A DNA stretch of 64,000 nucleotides, from assembly GCA_951406725.2 (NCBI GenBank), contig OX597818.1, forward strand, positions 69,068,001 to 69,132,000, in the 5' to 3' direction. Origin of the DNA: Octopus vulgaris (taxonomy: Eukaryota). The position numbers were made by a program, and so were the translations under genes. The notes under the pieces are model-generated. The model was not told where the DNA came from. It saw only the letters and a list, made by a program, of their open reading frames with translations, and made no database searches. Each line of letters opens with the position of its first letter. The first letter of the stretch is position 1. Shown piece by piece: positions 13,293-26,325 of this stretch.

Positions 13293-14903
13293 TCAAAAGA
13301 AAAAAACATATCAAGTTTGCAGGATGTCTCTTTACTGTTAATTTCTCATGCAGAAGGCACTCCTGGATATTTATCTCTGCTCAGTCATCTATCTGTATTA
13401 CATCATTTTATTAATTCCTCTATCTACTCATAATGTTTTGTATATATTTATTGGTTTTAGTTTATTTATTATTATTTTTTTAATGTTTCTCTCGCAGATG
13501 TGTAATTTCTCAGCAGGAAATTTTGCAGCAGAGAGAAACACAATGGACAACAATGCTTTCAAGAACTTTCCGTTTCAAACCAACCATGCAGAGATATAAA
13601 GATATTTGCATTGATTTCATTGTTTCATATGTAATAAAATCTATTTCTCTGGTCAATTGTTTCCTCAGAAGCTAAACTAATTTTTCCATCAGCAGTGATT
13701 CAAAGAAATCAGAGTAATTCCTCCTTCACTCCTCCTTACCGATATTAATGAGGTCTTGTCACTGCACATTTATTGGTTCGGCTTCTGATAATTACTATGT
13801 CTTCTTACTCATAGAATCACTTGTTCTTGTGATTCCTGAAGGTGAACAAGTATCCGTTTGTACTCCTCCCCCTCATCTAATATCATGTAGTGGTCTGAAT
13901 AAAAGAATTATTAATATCACTGCAGTGTCTATATCGCGCTTCTGATATTAAAATATAGGGTTTGTCGTTCATTCAGCCTTGATATTGTCATACATGAATG
14001 GAATTTTGGTTTTTGTTTGAGCAACTTCTCTTTCATTCTTTCCCGTTATAGTTTAAATCAGTCAGATTAAGCCTCGGAAGAAGCAGCAAATATTCTACAT
14101 TTTTGTTGCTTGTAACGAATATCATTTTTATTTTCATAAATTCTTGCATTTAGCTAATTTCCTCTTATTGTTGAGTTGACTGATTCAACTTAGCTTGCAC
14201 AGATTTCCAAATTCCTGGCATTCTCACAGACATAGATCCATTCAAATATCACAGACCTGTCTTACTTTCCAAAGTGAGAATGTGTCATAGGTCAACAATG
14301 AAATGTTCTGTTGTACAGTGTATTGACAAAAACTTGGTAAAAAATGGTGATGCCATATAAAAGAACATTTCCCTTTGCATTTGAGATGTCTTAACTGAGA
14401 ATGAAGTGAAATTCTATGTTGCAGACCTGTCCAAGTCTAATCAGAATTGTAAAACAAATTCAAAATATTTTAATGACTTAAAAGAGGAAAGGCATTGCTT
14501 CTGATGCTTTGAGGCTGCTGTTGGTGAGGAAACAAAAAAATTTTATATTTTCAGACAAGAAACCAGACATACATGCTAGAGACCCAATGAACCAGGTGAA
14601 GTGGTTCAAATTGGGAGAAACATTATGATAAACACCCAATGATTTAACCTTATTGTGACATGTTCCCAGAATACCGGGAATAGCATAAATGGAATCTCAG
14701 CTGGATTCTCATTAAGGAGGTAATGAACAACTCATGTAGAACAAGAAGAGGAAATTCTAAAACTAAACAACCAATTGCATTGCTGCTTTGAAGTCAGTTG
14801 TGTTTTTATGAATCATTGTTTTTTGTATTCCGTTAGTTGTCGTTTACTTTTGTTTTTAATTGCAAAAAAATGATAAATGATTCTGCAATGAAATGAGCAG
14901 GGG

Positions 14904-15270
14904 ATGAATCCAGCCCTTCATCAGGTAAATGAGCAAGATCAAGACATTTTGCAGCCGAGGAAATTTTTTGGTGATGTTTATTCTTCATACAAAAAATTTA
15001 CCCTTTATACAAGCTATGAGAGTAGTTTTGACAATCAGTCAGGTGAAAATGGTGAGGAAAGAAGCAATTTAGGTAAACAAATGCGGTAGTTGAGTGATAG
15101 GCCTATCATTGTTATTCTCCTGAATGGTTTTTTGTGATTCTGTCCATTATTTTGCCAGCTAAAATTACTCTTCAGCAGAAAATGCAACTATTTATTTATT
15201 TTTTTATTTTTTGCTCAGGAGTCCAGGCGAAGGGTAAAGTTGGATACAGGGGTCCAGGTCTGAGAAGGTT
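14904..15270. repeat. Dispersed repeat, probable non-autonomous hAT-like element; second copy at 40818-41163
   Basis: Highly similar to 40818-41163 over about 350 bp. It ends GGGGTCCAGGTCTGAGAAGGT, resembling hAT/Charlie subterminal sequence (classification is inference). Confidence 0.75.
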
Positions 15271-15589
15271 AAGATAGTTAAATCCTGTTGATGATAAAAG
15301 ACAGGAAGCACCGAGTGTTTATTTTATCAATTTCAAACAAATCAAAGAAAATGGAAAAAAAAAAAAAAAAAAACTTCAAATGAAAGAAATGAAAATATTT
15401 GAGAAAATAATAGAAATGAGATGTTATCTTGGGATTGAAAACTTCAAGTTAAAGTGAAAATTAAATTTAAATATTTTTTTTAATTGAACAACTTGAAACA
15501 GTTTTGTATAAATTACTGGAGTCTCAACACAGTCTTTTAAGTTGCTAAGATTAGCAGCAAAACATTTCTTGTGACATGTTATTTCGGAA

Positions 15590-15970
15590 TAAGGAAGGAT
15601 ATGTTGGATAATGCAGTCCAAGGTAAACTGTGGCAAGAGAATTTAAAAAAAAGAGCAATGGTTCCAGCAAGATGGGTCCCCTCCACCCCACCAACACATC
15701 AAATGACTCCCTAGTCGGGCTGAGAGAGAAATTTCAGGAGAAACTGATCAGCAGGAAGGGTGACATTGAGTGGGCACCGCATTCACTAGATTTGAAACCC
15801 ACAGATTTTTATCTGTAGGAGTATCTTAAGAATAATGTTTACCAGAACAAACCTCAAACGATTGGGGAACAGAAAGCAGCAATCAGGGAAATCCCCAAAG
15901 AGGAATCTGTTTGAGTAATTGACAATTTTGCACAACATATGCAAGTGTTTGTGCATATTTTGGAGCATAA
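15590..15970 (+). mobile_element. Tc1/mariner transposase C-terminal remnant, DD41D (rosa-like) spacing
   Basis: WFQQDG..H(fs)TSNDSLVGLREKFQEKLISRKGDIEWAPHSLDLKPTDFYL*EYLKNNVYQNKPQT. About 41 residues lie between the last two acidic catalytic residues once the frameshift is removed. Confidence 0.8.
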
Positions 15971-15971
15971 C

Positions 15972-16437
15972 CGGCTTCCGTGCCAGTGGGACATAAAAGG
16001 CACCATTTGAGTGTGATCGTTACCAGCGTTGCCTTACTGGCACTTGTGCCCTGTGCAAGTAGGGTGCCAAGAGCAACATCCGAGTGTGATCGTTGCCAGA
16101 GCGGCTCTCTGGCCTCCATGCCAGTGGTATGTAAAAGGCACCATTCAAGTGTGATCATTACCAGCATCGCCTTACTGGCACCTGTGCTAGTGGCATGTGT
16201 AAAAAGATTCGAACGAGGTCATTGCCAGTACCGCCTGACTAGCCCTGTGCCGGTGGCACGTAAAAGCACCCACTACACTCTCAGAGTGGCTGGCGTTAGG
16301 AAGGGTATCCAGCTGTAGAAACTCTGCCAGATCAAGATTGGAGCCTGGTGCAGCCATCTGGTTCGCCAGCCCTCAGTCAAACCGTCCAACCCATGCTACC
16401 ATACAAATTGAACATAAAACGAATGCCGAATGATGAT
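15972..16437 (+). mobile_element. RTE 3'-end repeat (family A) with 4-5 internal ~60-bp subrepeats
   Basis: Repeated units of AAAAGGCACCATT(T/C)(G/A)AGTGTGATC(G/A)TTACCAGC..GCCTTACTGGCAC precede the standard 3' end. Confidence 0.9.
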
Positions 16438-17229
16438 TTTGAAAAGAACATGACTTCTATGCCAAAGGAATGATTGTACACAGACCAAAATTTAAGTCCA
16501 GCAAATTTCTTGAAATTTGCTGGACAGAAGAAAGAAGACATGCACCCAACACCAGAGCTGAAGATACCTCCGAAAGATGGGGCCCCGCCATGTCAAAACG
16601 GTAGAGGTGTAGGGGCTGAAACCGGACGTGGTTCCTCCTGATGATGTCTTGAGCTAACTGGATCCTATAAAGGAGCTGTTGTGGTAGCAGACCATGAAAC
16701 ATGATTGAAATTCTAACATTTCATCCCACAGCCTGATGATGATGTCCTGTTGTCTCAGCTTGGCACAATTCCTTGATATATAATTTATCTCCATTCAAAA
16801 GTAGACTCAGTCAAACTCTCACTTCAAGAGTTCAAATCTCATATTAAGATATGAAATCTAATGCATTTAATTTTATATTCCAAAACATGCTTTGTATAAC
16901 AGATTCTAAAATATAAAAATCAAACTGATGTTTTCAACAGAAGTGTATCAGTGAATTGAGAAAGTAAAGATATATAGGCAAAGTTTAAATTGTGTATACA
17001 GCAAAAGAGACTTATGTCAAAAGAGCAAGAATTTAAGTATGAATAAGTGTAATCTTGTGAATTATGTTTCGCAGGTTAACTTTACCATTCCATTTTCTGG
17101 TCAATATGGTATCAGTTCTATTCAAATTGTTTTTTCTTTAATTTTGAAGAAATTAATCAAATCAAATTATCTTCATCTTAAAAATCAGTGTTGCATTCAA
17201 ATCTATCAATTGCTTCATTAAAGCTTAAT

Positions 17230-17710
17230 TGATCTCTCTCTGCCGCCCCCATACCCCCTCCTCCTCCTCTCTTTTTATTACTTTCTCACTCTTTCTTTTC
17301 CCTTTCTACCTTGTTTCTTTACATTACTCTCTCTTTCACTACACTTCCTCTCTCTCTGATTCCTCCTTTTCATGAATCTCTCTCTTTCTTTCTTTCTCTC
17401 TTTACACCCTTCCCTCTTTCTCTCACACTCTCTATCCTCTCTCTTTCCCTCCTTACACCTCACTCTCTTTTTCTCTACCTTTGCACCTCCTACTCCCTCT
17501 CTTTACACTGCCTCCTCCCTCTCTATTTACACTACCCTCATTTTTCTCTCTCAAAACTCCCCTTCCCTCTCTCTCTTTCTACACATACTCTCTCCTCTTT
17601 CTCTCTCTGCACATCCCTTGTTCTCTCTTTCTCTTTCTATATTCCATTCTCTCTCTCTCTCTCTCCTTTTCTATCCATCATCTTCTCTAATAATCCTCTT
17701 CTCTTTATAA
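17230..17710. repeat. CT-rich polypyrimidine low-complexity tract
   Basis: Seen directly. Confidence 0.9.
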
Positions 17711-18281
17711 AGTCCATGTCTCTATTCCTGTATATGATGTCAGAACTATATTTTTTTTTATATAATTCCAAGATTTATCATCGAATCCAAACTCCTTTCA
17801 AATTTTCTTCAGTATCTACACATTCACTATATTCCACAGAATTACTATTTCCATTACTCACCCACGACAGAACCAGATTTATTCTAATCTCCCCCACCAC
17901 CACATACACCTCTCCCTCTCTCTCTCTCTCTCTCTCTCTGAGAACGGTTAATGATAGTTTCTTTCTTAGAATCTTCGTTTGCAATATATCCACCTTCTTA
18001 ATTACCATACTCCTGGCAATTCCATGCCAGTTCTGAACTCATTTTAGTTGAAGCATTCTTATTGTACATCCCCCTCCTTCTTTCACCCCCACCCCCATCT
18101 TAGAACGAACAAAAAAATTTATATTTCCCAGTAAAAATACTAAATCATTGATTGATTAAAATCATCAATCACCACCACCATGCAACGGAGAAATTCTTTA
18201 AATAAACCAGCTTCTGCTAATGGGGAAGAAGAAGAAGAAGCAGTTGAGGAATTAGACAGAGAAAGTTCACTGTGAGCGCGC

Positions 18282-18291
18282 ATATACATAC

Positions 18292-18387
<96 letters not shown>

Positions 18388-18393
18388 ATACAC

Positions 18394-18442
<49 letters not shown>

Positions 18443-18449
18443 AATATAT

Positions 18450-18483
<34 letters not shown>

Positions 18484-18730
18484 CTATATGCATATGTATA
18501 TATACATATACATGTATATACAAATGTATGTATATACATATATATATACACATCTATATGCATATGTATATATACATATACATGTATATACAAATATATG
18601 TATATACATACATATATATATATATATATATGTATACATATATACATATATATATATGTATACATATGCATGTATATATATATCTGTGTATATATATATT
18701 TTACATGCATAAATTTATACTTGCATGTGA

Positions 18731-18770
<40 letters not shown>

Positions 18771-18898
18771 GCATGTATATATATATATATCTGTGAATAT
18801 ATATATTTTACATGCATAAATGTATATATGCATATAAATACATATATTCACACACAGATGCATAAACATGTATACATATGTGTATGTATATGTATACA

Positions 18899-18936
<38 letters not shown>
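18282..18936. repeat. Degenerate (TA)n/(TACA)n compound microsatellite
   Basis: Seen directly; includes secondary duplicated units such as TCTATATGCATATGTATATATACATATACATGTATATACAAAT twice. Confidence 0.95.
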
Positions 18937-18937
<1 letters not shown>

Positions 18938-19428
18938 TGATGACAATGATGATGATAGGCATTCATATGTGTGTGTGTGCGAGTGTGTATGTATATACAC
19001 GTGTGTGTGTGTGATCTATATAATGAACAGAAGAGATGCTGCTTGCTGCTGAATCGAGGAAATACTAACCTAGAATACTTTCAATACTCTAATTTCGCAT
19101 TTCGGAAAATGTTTCCCTTCGGCTCTGTATCTATTGCAAGGTCACACTAGATGTGTGTGCATGTGTGCACACACGCTTGTGTGTGTGTGTATGTGAATGT
19201 GTAAGTATATATATATATATCTGTGTGTGTGTGTGTATACATACACATACATATATATATTTAAGTATATATGAGTAGGTTTGTGTATTTGTATATATAA
19301 GCACATATATCATATATATATATATATATATATACATACATATATATATATTTATACACACACACACACACACATATATATACATACACACACACACACA
19401 CACAGGAATAAGACAATAATTAATAAAT

Positions 19429-19892
19429 GCAATCCAAAACTTCGAAGTTACAGTCAACCTTTCCTTTGTAAAAACTTATATGTATGTAGCTAAAGCATAT
19501 TGAATAATCTTACAGTTGAATCGTTTATATATATAACTTGACATAATCATCACCATCATCATCATCATCATACTTATTTAATGTTTGTTTTCCATGCTGG
19601 TATGGGTTGGACGGTTTGACATGAGCTTGCAAGACAGAATAAAACCAGAAATAACTCAAATAAATCAGACTGATGCCCTTGAGCAATCCAAAACTTCGAA
19701 GTTACAGTCAACCTTTCCTTTGTAAAAACTTATATGTATGTAGCTAAAGCATATTGAATAATCTTACAGTTGAATCGTTTATATATATAACTTGACATAA
19801 TCATCACCATCATCATCATCATCATACTTATTTAATGTTTGTTTTCCATGCTGGTATGGGTTGGACGGTTTGACATGAGCTTGCAAGACAGA
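19429..19892 (+). repeat. Perfect 210-bp direct duplication with a 44-bp spacer
   Basis: 19429-19638 is identical by eye to 19683-19892; the spacer is 19639-19682. Confidence 0.92.
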
Positions 19893-20030
19893 GAGCTGCC
19901 CCAGACTCTATTTGTCTGTTTTAGCATGGTTTCTGTGGCCAGATGCCCTTCCTAATGCCAACCACCATGCAGAGTGTATTGGGTGGTTTTTTGTGGCACC
20001 AGCACCAGTACCAGCAAGCTCACCAAGCAG
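19797..20030 (-). mobile_element. RTE 3'-end repeat (family A); further copies at 20102-20200(+), 20590-20825(-), 22480-22620(+), 22660-22870(-)
   Basis: Shared GATGCCCTTCCTAA(C/T)(G/A)CCAA and CCATGCTGGTATGG motifs. Confidence 0.85.
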
Positions 20031-20051
20031 GTTTTGTTATATTTATATATG

Positions 20052-20105
<54 letters not shown>

Positions 20106-20227
20106 CCTGGTGCAGCCTTCGGCTCCCAGACCCAAAGAACGTCCAACCCATGCTAGCATGGAAAACGGACGCTAAATGATGATGATATGATGATATGATG
20201 TATATATGTATATGTACATATATATTT

Positions 20228-20278
<51 letters not shown>

Positions 20279-20952
20279 TTAATAATATTAGGGAGTATAT
20301 CCAAATTTACAGGGGAAAAAAAGATTTAGGATTAAATCAAATTTAACAGTATATATATAAATCAAATTAGAGATAAAACCACTATTAGGCAACTATCACT
20401 GTTTTTATTATGTCTATCACTGTTTGAGTTGCCTAATATGTAGTTTTACTTACACTCACATCTATAAATCTTCGGTAGAGTTTGTCAGAAATGCAATTAA
20501 TTAGATCGATTCGAGCGTCAAAAACACGAGCGGTCCAACCAATTACATTTTTAGTTATGTCTCAAATTCCGCGCCAAAAGCATGCCTAGACTCCGTGAGT
20601 GTAGTGGGTGCATTTTACGGTTCGACCGGGGTTCTGGGAAGCCAGAAGGCTGCACCAGGCTCCGGTCTTATCTGGCAATGTTTCTACAGCTGGATGCCCT
20701 TCCTAACGCCAACCACTCCGTGAGTGTAGTGGGTGCATTTTACGTGCCACCTGCACGGAAGCCAGTCGAGGCGGCACTGGCTTCGGCCACGATTGGGATG
20801 GTGCTTTTTACGTGCCACCGAGGTCATATATATACAGAGAGAGAGAGAGAGAGAGTTAAATATGTGCACGCACATACATATATATTCATATACATAAGTG
20901 TGTAGGGCTGTAAGTATCTTTATGATTGCGTATATCTATGCATATATATGAA

Positions 20953-20985
<33 letters not shown>

Positions 20986-23014
20986 ATCTATCTCTCCAGC
21001 AAGCTATCCACTGGCATCTTAGTCTATCGCTGGAATTCTACTGATGCGATGTCTTACAATAACATTACAGCAATGATCTGCAAGTAAACCAGCAACGAAG
21101 TGAATTGCAGTTTTATGCATGGAAGTGACTTCACTCAATCCATTCTCTTTCGTTGATACTTTTGTAAATACTCTGTGGATATTTAGGGATTTCCAGGTGT
21201 TTCTTCAGTCATACGACTGGTTTCCAGTGTAAAAATGTGTGTAAGGAAATTGTGTCTTTCACTCAAAAACAGAACACACCATCTTTTCCAGGAATTGAAC
21301 CCATGACTGCAACACTCTAACAACTAGGCTACATGCCTTCACACACACACACCCACACACACACACATGCATGCATGCATGTAGAGATAGGAAGAGAGGA
21401 TGGAGAAGTAAGGAAGGAGGAGAGAAAGAAGCAGATATAGTTTTTCAGTTTTCAATTTTATATTCTTGGTGTTTAACTCTCGGCCCTTGATTCATTTTTG
21501 GAAATCTCTGTTGATTAAAAATAGTAAAAATATATAAATATTCATGAGTTCTGTTTCTTTTCTCAGCTCTACTATAACACACACACACACACACATGTAT
21601 GTATATATATATATATATATGTACACAAATAGATAAAGAAGTAAATAAATTGTCATAGATATACATACATATACAATAAATTTAGACTCACACACACACT
21701 AATACATACATGCACACACAATGCAATTGCATATATCAGCCGTTTTCCAAGAGTTGTAAGGAATTCTATGATCATTATAAAGCACAGTTCTTTGCCATTT
21801 CTCGTAACACCTATTTCTTTTGCTTTTCTCTATCATTACTACAGATATCAAGGAATGTCCTTACGCTGACTTGTCCCTGTTTTTTTTTTTTTTCTTTCTT
21901 ACCATTTCTGAAGACTTTTCGAAACTTCATTCCTTACTTGACACCAACCCTCTAATTACGTCTTGCATCGATCAAATACCTTTGCGACTTACAGTTTTAG
22001 ATGACACATTTTAGTTTGCAGTTTTTTTGCTTCATTTCTATTTCATTTGTTTTTTTTTCTTTTCTCTTTTGAAGATCTTAACATTTAGCAGCTTATATGG
22101 GCTTCATATGAAATGATCTGTAAATACATATGATATCACACTACCATCATCATCATCATCATCATCATCATTGTCACCATCACCATCACCATCTTGCACC
22201 CCCAAATATCGCCTCCTCTTCCTCCACTTCTTCATTGTTGTCATTATCATCTTCTCATTATCATCATCACCACTATCACTACTCCCACCATTACCACTAT
22301 CACCACCACCATTACCACTATGGCCATCATCAACTTCATCACTTCTTATCCATTATTCCTTGCTGGTTTGGGTTAAACTGGTCTCCTCTAGCACAGAACC
22401 ATTTGCCATTTGCCAGGCTCCGTTGTCATCCTTTTCATAGAAATAAGTAGTTATATGCACACATTAAATATATACATATGTGCCTCCCAAAAGGCACCTG
22501 TGCTGGTTGCACATAAAAGGTACCCAGCATTCTCTATAAAGTGGTTGGTCTGAGGAAGCGCATCCAGCTGTAGAAACCCTGTCAAAAACACGCAAGTGGG
22601 GGCCTGGCGCAGCTTTCATTGTCAACATCATAGTCATCATCGTCGTCGTCGTCGATATCGTTGTCATCATCATCATCATCATCATCCTACAATGTCCCTT
22701 TCCCATGCTGGTATGGGTTGAACAGTTTAACAGGGGCTAGGAAGCTGGAGGGCTGTGCCAAGTCCCACTCATCTGTTTGGGCCTGGTTTCAACAGCCGGA
22801 TGCCCTTCCTAACACCAATCACTTTGCAGGATGGGGGCTTTTTATGTGATGCCAGCATCGGTGCTTTTACTTTTTTGCTTTTTACTTTAAGCAAATTGGT
22901 GTGATTTGAGGAAGATTTCATTGCTATTTCTAACACATCAATCAATCATGTGGAATCTCTCTCCCTTTCTCTCTCTCTTTCTCACTCTCTCTCACTCTAT
23001 CTCTCTTGCTCTCG

Positions 23015-23056
<42 letters not shown>

Positions 23057-23925
23057 GAAACATAAATTATGGAGGATTTTGCTTTGTTTTCAGTTTAACA
23101 ATCAACTCAACAGAAAATGGTAACAACCGCAGCTGGCAGCAATAATGCAGAAAAGTATGGAGAAAGTATCTTACCTCTGGTTCAAACCATCACTGTTTAT
23201 TCTCTCCGTGCAAATGCCCTTAGAACCCACCGTACCAGTCACCTGCACCAAGTCATTATCTTACCACTACACACATGGAATTATGTGTGTAACGAATCAT
23301 TATTTTCCGTGATATTGTACAGATTCTCACTTTTGCATGCAATCTTTCCTTTCCCAGGGGTATTCAGCTTCCAATGTTTTAGGAATCTGAGATCACAATA
23401 AATGAAATATTTTTCCAGCATTGAAATGGATACCATTTTTCTCAGCCTGACTGAATTATGGCATTGATTTTTCACACTGCAAGATTTTTTATCAATAGGA
23501 TTCATAACTTTCTTTGATACTTTGGTGCCTTCAGCCATATCTTTTGAGAATGGTTGGTCTAATCCCTTAGGATATACCTATATGACATACTAGAATCATA
23601 AACTGATCTCAGATTAATTTCTTGAGGGGTTCCACTCAAAACTGTTGACTTTTCGAAAATATGTCACTAGTAGAAGTAATTCTGTCTTTTAAAAAACTTC
23701 AAACTATTCTTCTAATTCTTCAACTATGCTCAGATTAACTCAATCCCAGCATTGCTAAAATATTTCTCAAATTCCAGGCAGAGTGTATCCACAGAAAGAC
23801 AATTAATTCATCATTTCAATATCCAATACTTTTAGCACATTGGAAGTTGTATGAGACAGAGTGTACCCAGACGGAGGTCATGCTCTGTGTGTAGCAATCA
23901 ATTCTTTCAAATAACATAATCAAGT

Positions 23926-23963
23926 CTATTGAAAAGGTTGCAAGGTGCAATGAAAATTTTAGG
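23926..23963 (+). ncRNA. Minimal type I hammerhead-like motif, U3-A8 variant
   Basis: CTA TTGAAAA G GTTGC-AAGGT-GCAAT GAAA ATTT TAGG. Stem I CTA/TAG, 5-bp stem II, palindromic AATT stem III. Confidence 0.45.
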
Positions 23964-24112
23964 AAAATATAAATATGAAAAAAGTGGAAATTTTACTGGT
24001 GAGTATGTTACATTATAAGGCACAAAAAGAAAATGACTCTCCCCAGACACAACAGAATGTGCTTCAACACACGAACTCATATAAAGAATCTTGCAAACCA
24101 AATTCAAAAACG
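23926..24112 (+). mobile_element. ~187-bp Penelope-pLTR/retrozyme-like repeat starting with a hammerhead-like fold, flanked by a 17-bp direct repeat
   Basis: Flanks are AAATAACATAAT(C/G)AAGT at 23909-23925 and 24113-24129. A second, inverted copy lies at 37597-37708. Confidence 0.6.
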
Positions 24113-24377
24113 AAATAACATAATGAAGTTCTTCATAATTTCTTTGTCAATCTGTTGATATGTGCAATCACAAGTAAAGTTTTGTCTTTTTTGAAGATGT
24201 GTGTGTGTGTGTGTGTGAGTGAGAGAGAGAGAGAGAAAAGTGGTGTGTGACCTGGCAGTTAAGGTGTTGCATTTATGATCACGATATTCGGGCTTTAATT
24301 CCCAGAGCAGTGAAGTGTTGTGTTCTTCAGCAAAACACTTCACTCATCATGCAGACAGGTAAGCTCATCCTGTCCTT

Positions 24378-24937
24378 TACTGTGAGTCAACTGGTGTTGG
24401 TATACCTAGGTCCCCATAACTTAGCGGTTTGACAAAAGAGACCAGTAGAATAATTACCAGGCTTTAAAAAAATGGGTTGATTCATTAGCCTTAAATTCTT
24501 CAGGGTGATGCCCCAGCATGGCCACAGCCTAATAACCAAAACATGTAAAAGATAAAACGATAGGCACAAATGTCAGTCATGTAACTGGAGACTGTAGAAC
24601 AAGAACCCATTTGCACTGCCATTTACTTTTATACACTTGAACAGGACCAATACCAGCGCCGCCTCACTGGCACTCATGCTGTGGCACATAAAAAGCACCA
24701 TTTGAGCATTGGCCAATATCAGTTCTGCTTGACTGGCTCCTATGCTAGTGGCATGTAAAAAGCACCCACTACACTCTCAGAGTGGTTGGCATTAGGAAGG
24801 GCATCCAGCTGTAGAAACCTTGCTAAATCAGACTGGAGCCTGGTGCAGCCTCCTGGCTTGCCAGTCCTCGGTCAAAACATCCAACCCATGCCAGCATGGA
24901 AAACAGACGTTAAACAATGACAATGATAATGATGATT
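24378..24937 (+). mobile_element. SINE C 3' half (24378-24560) and family A element (24645-24937)
   Basis: Homology to other copies in the window. Confidence 0.85.
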
Positions 24938-25519
24938 TGCATATTCTTATTCTTTCATTATTTACCCTCCCCATCCCCATTTTACTATCATCATGACCCT
25001 TCGTTTGTATACTTTTGATGCACTTATAGCAAAATCAAATCAGTTGCTTTCTACATTTAACATTTTGATGGTTGTTAGTTTTGTTGTGTAAATTACTGAC
25101 ACAGCAGCAGTGTTTATTTTACATTAAAAACAAATAACTCTGATAAACACCTAAATATTTTAGTTGTTAATCTATTCATAAATTAAATAAATTTACTATC
25201 AAACATAGGATAGACTTAGAGGCGGTTATATTAATGATATTTTACCGTCGACAGTAGAAGAAGAACCTGCTAGATGATGTCAATTCAACTAAAAGGTGAA
25301 TGACTTTGTGGAAACATTGAAGAAATGCCTTCCAGAAAAGTTCTTCTCCAACTATGTGGTAGTTTAGTTGAAGCATTGTGAAATAAGAAAGCAAAAAGGA
25401 AAAAGTCAAGAAGACTATTTAGAAGGCAAAGAGAGGCTTAATGCTTTATTAATTACTTATATGTAATTAATGAAAACATTTATCAATTACTAATAATTAC
25501 TTCATTAATTACTTATAGT

Positions 25520-25730
25520 TGCAGGAGTGACTGTGTGGTAAAAAGCTTGCTTCCCAACCACATGGCTCCAAGTTCAGTCCCATTACATAGCACCTTGGTC
25601 AAGTGTAATCTTCTATAGCCTTAGGCTGACAAAAGCCTTGTGAGCAGATTTGGCAGACAGAAACTGAAAGAAGCCCATCATATATATATATATATATATA
25701 TATGTATATGTATATATATATGTATATATA

Positions 25731-25779
<49 letters not shown>

Positions 25780-26012
25780 GTATGCATGTATGTATGTATT
25801 TATTTGTGTGTCTGTGTTTGTCCCCTACCCTCACTTGACAACTGATGTTGGTGTTTTTCATGTCACTATAACTTAGCAGTTTGGCCAAAGAAACTGATAG
25901 AATAAGTACATAGCATACAAAGAATAAGGTCCTGGGGTCAATTTGTTTGACTAAAGGCGGTGCTCCAGCATGGCCACAGTCAAATGACTGAAACAAATAA
26001 AAGAACAAAGAA
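25520..26012 (+). mobile_element. Full-length SINE family C
   Basis: GCAGGAGTGACTGTGTGG head, internal TA/TG tract and CAAATGACTGAAAC tail. Confidence 0.9.
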
Positions 26013-26014
26013 AA

Positions 26015-26325
26015 CGTGAAGGTGTGTGGCTTAGTGGTTAGGGTACTCATCTCATGGTAATTAGGTCGTGAGTTCAATTCCTGTTGGTGCACTGTGTCCT
26101 TGAGCAAGACACTTTATTTTAGCTGGCAAAAATGAGTAGTACCTGTATTTGAAAGGACCATCCTCTATACATCTTGTGTCTCGTGTTGAACCCCTCTGTG
26201 ATCTACATTAAGGGTTTGCATGCTTGTGGATAGCCCAGCAACTTGCACATTAATACCCTGAGCAGGCTGCTCCATTCATTGGGTCAACTGGAACAGTTAT
26301 CATTGTAACCGATGGAGTGTCACTA
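26015..26325 (+). mobile_element. tRNA-derived SINE, family E (3' body resembles the Nin/Deu-type domain)
   Basis: A-box TGGCTTAGTGG, B-box GAGTTCAATTCC and GTGTCCTTGAGCAAGACAC. The body matches 41900-42303 reversed. Domain assignment is inference. Confidence 0.75.

Noticed and set aside
15972-16270. Repeat-spacer appearance resembling a CRISPR array
   Set aside because: The units are degenerate tandem copies without unique spacers, part of a LINE 3' UTR in eukaryotic DNA, with no cas genes.
17311-18962. Long ORFs of 231-241 aa (also 42613-43203, 53487-54408, 63227-63835)
   Set aside because: They are translations of CT, TA, TCTA or TAT microsatellites that lack stops in some frames, not genes.
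21908-21932. CTGAAGA...GAAA hammerhead-like spacing
   Set aside because: No stem II or stem I pairing.
23170-23538. Minus-strand 85-aa ORF with a faint LRR C-terminal cap look and a nearby AG|GTAAG donor
   Set aside because: The cysteine pattern is incomplete, a stop lies before the donor, and there are no LRR repeats upstream.
26015-26090. tRNA-like sequences (also the SINE C, D and E heads)
   Set aside because: They have A and B boxes but no full cloverleaf, and they continue into repeat bodies, so they are SINE heads.
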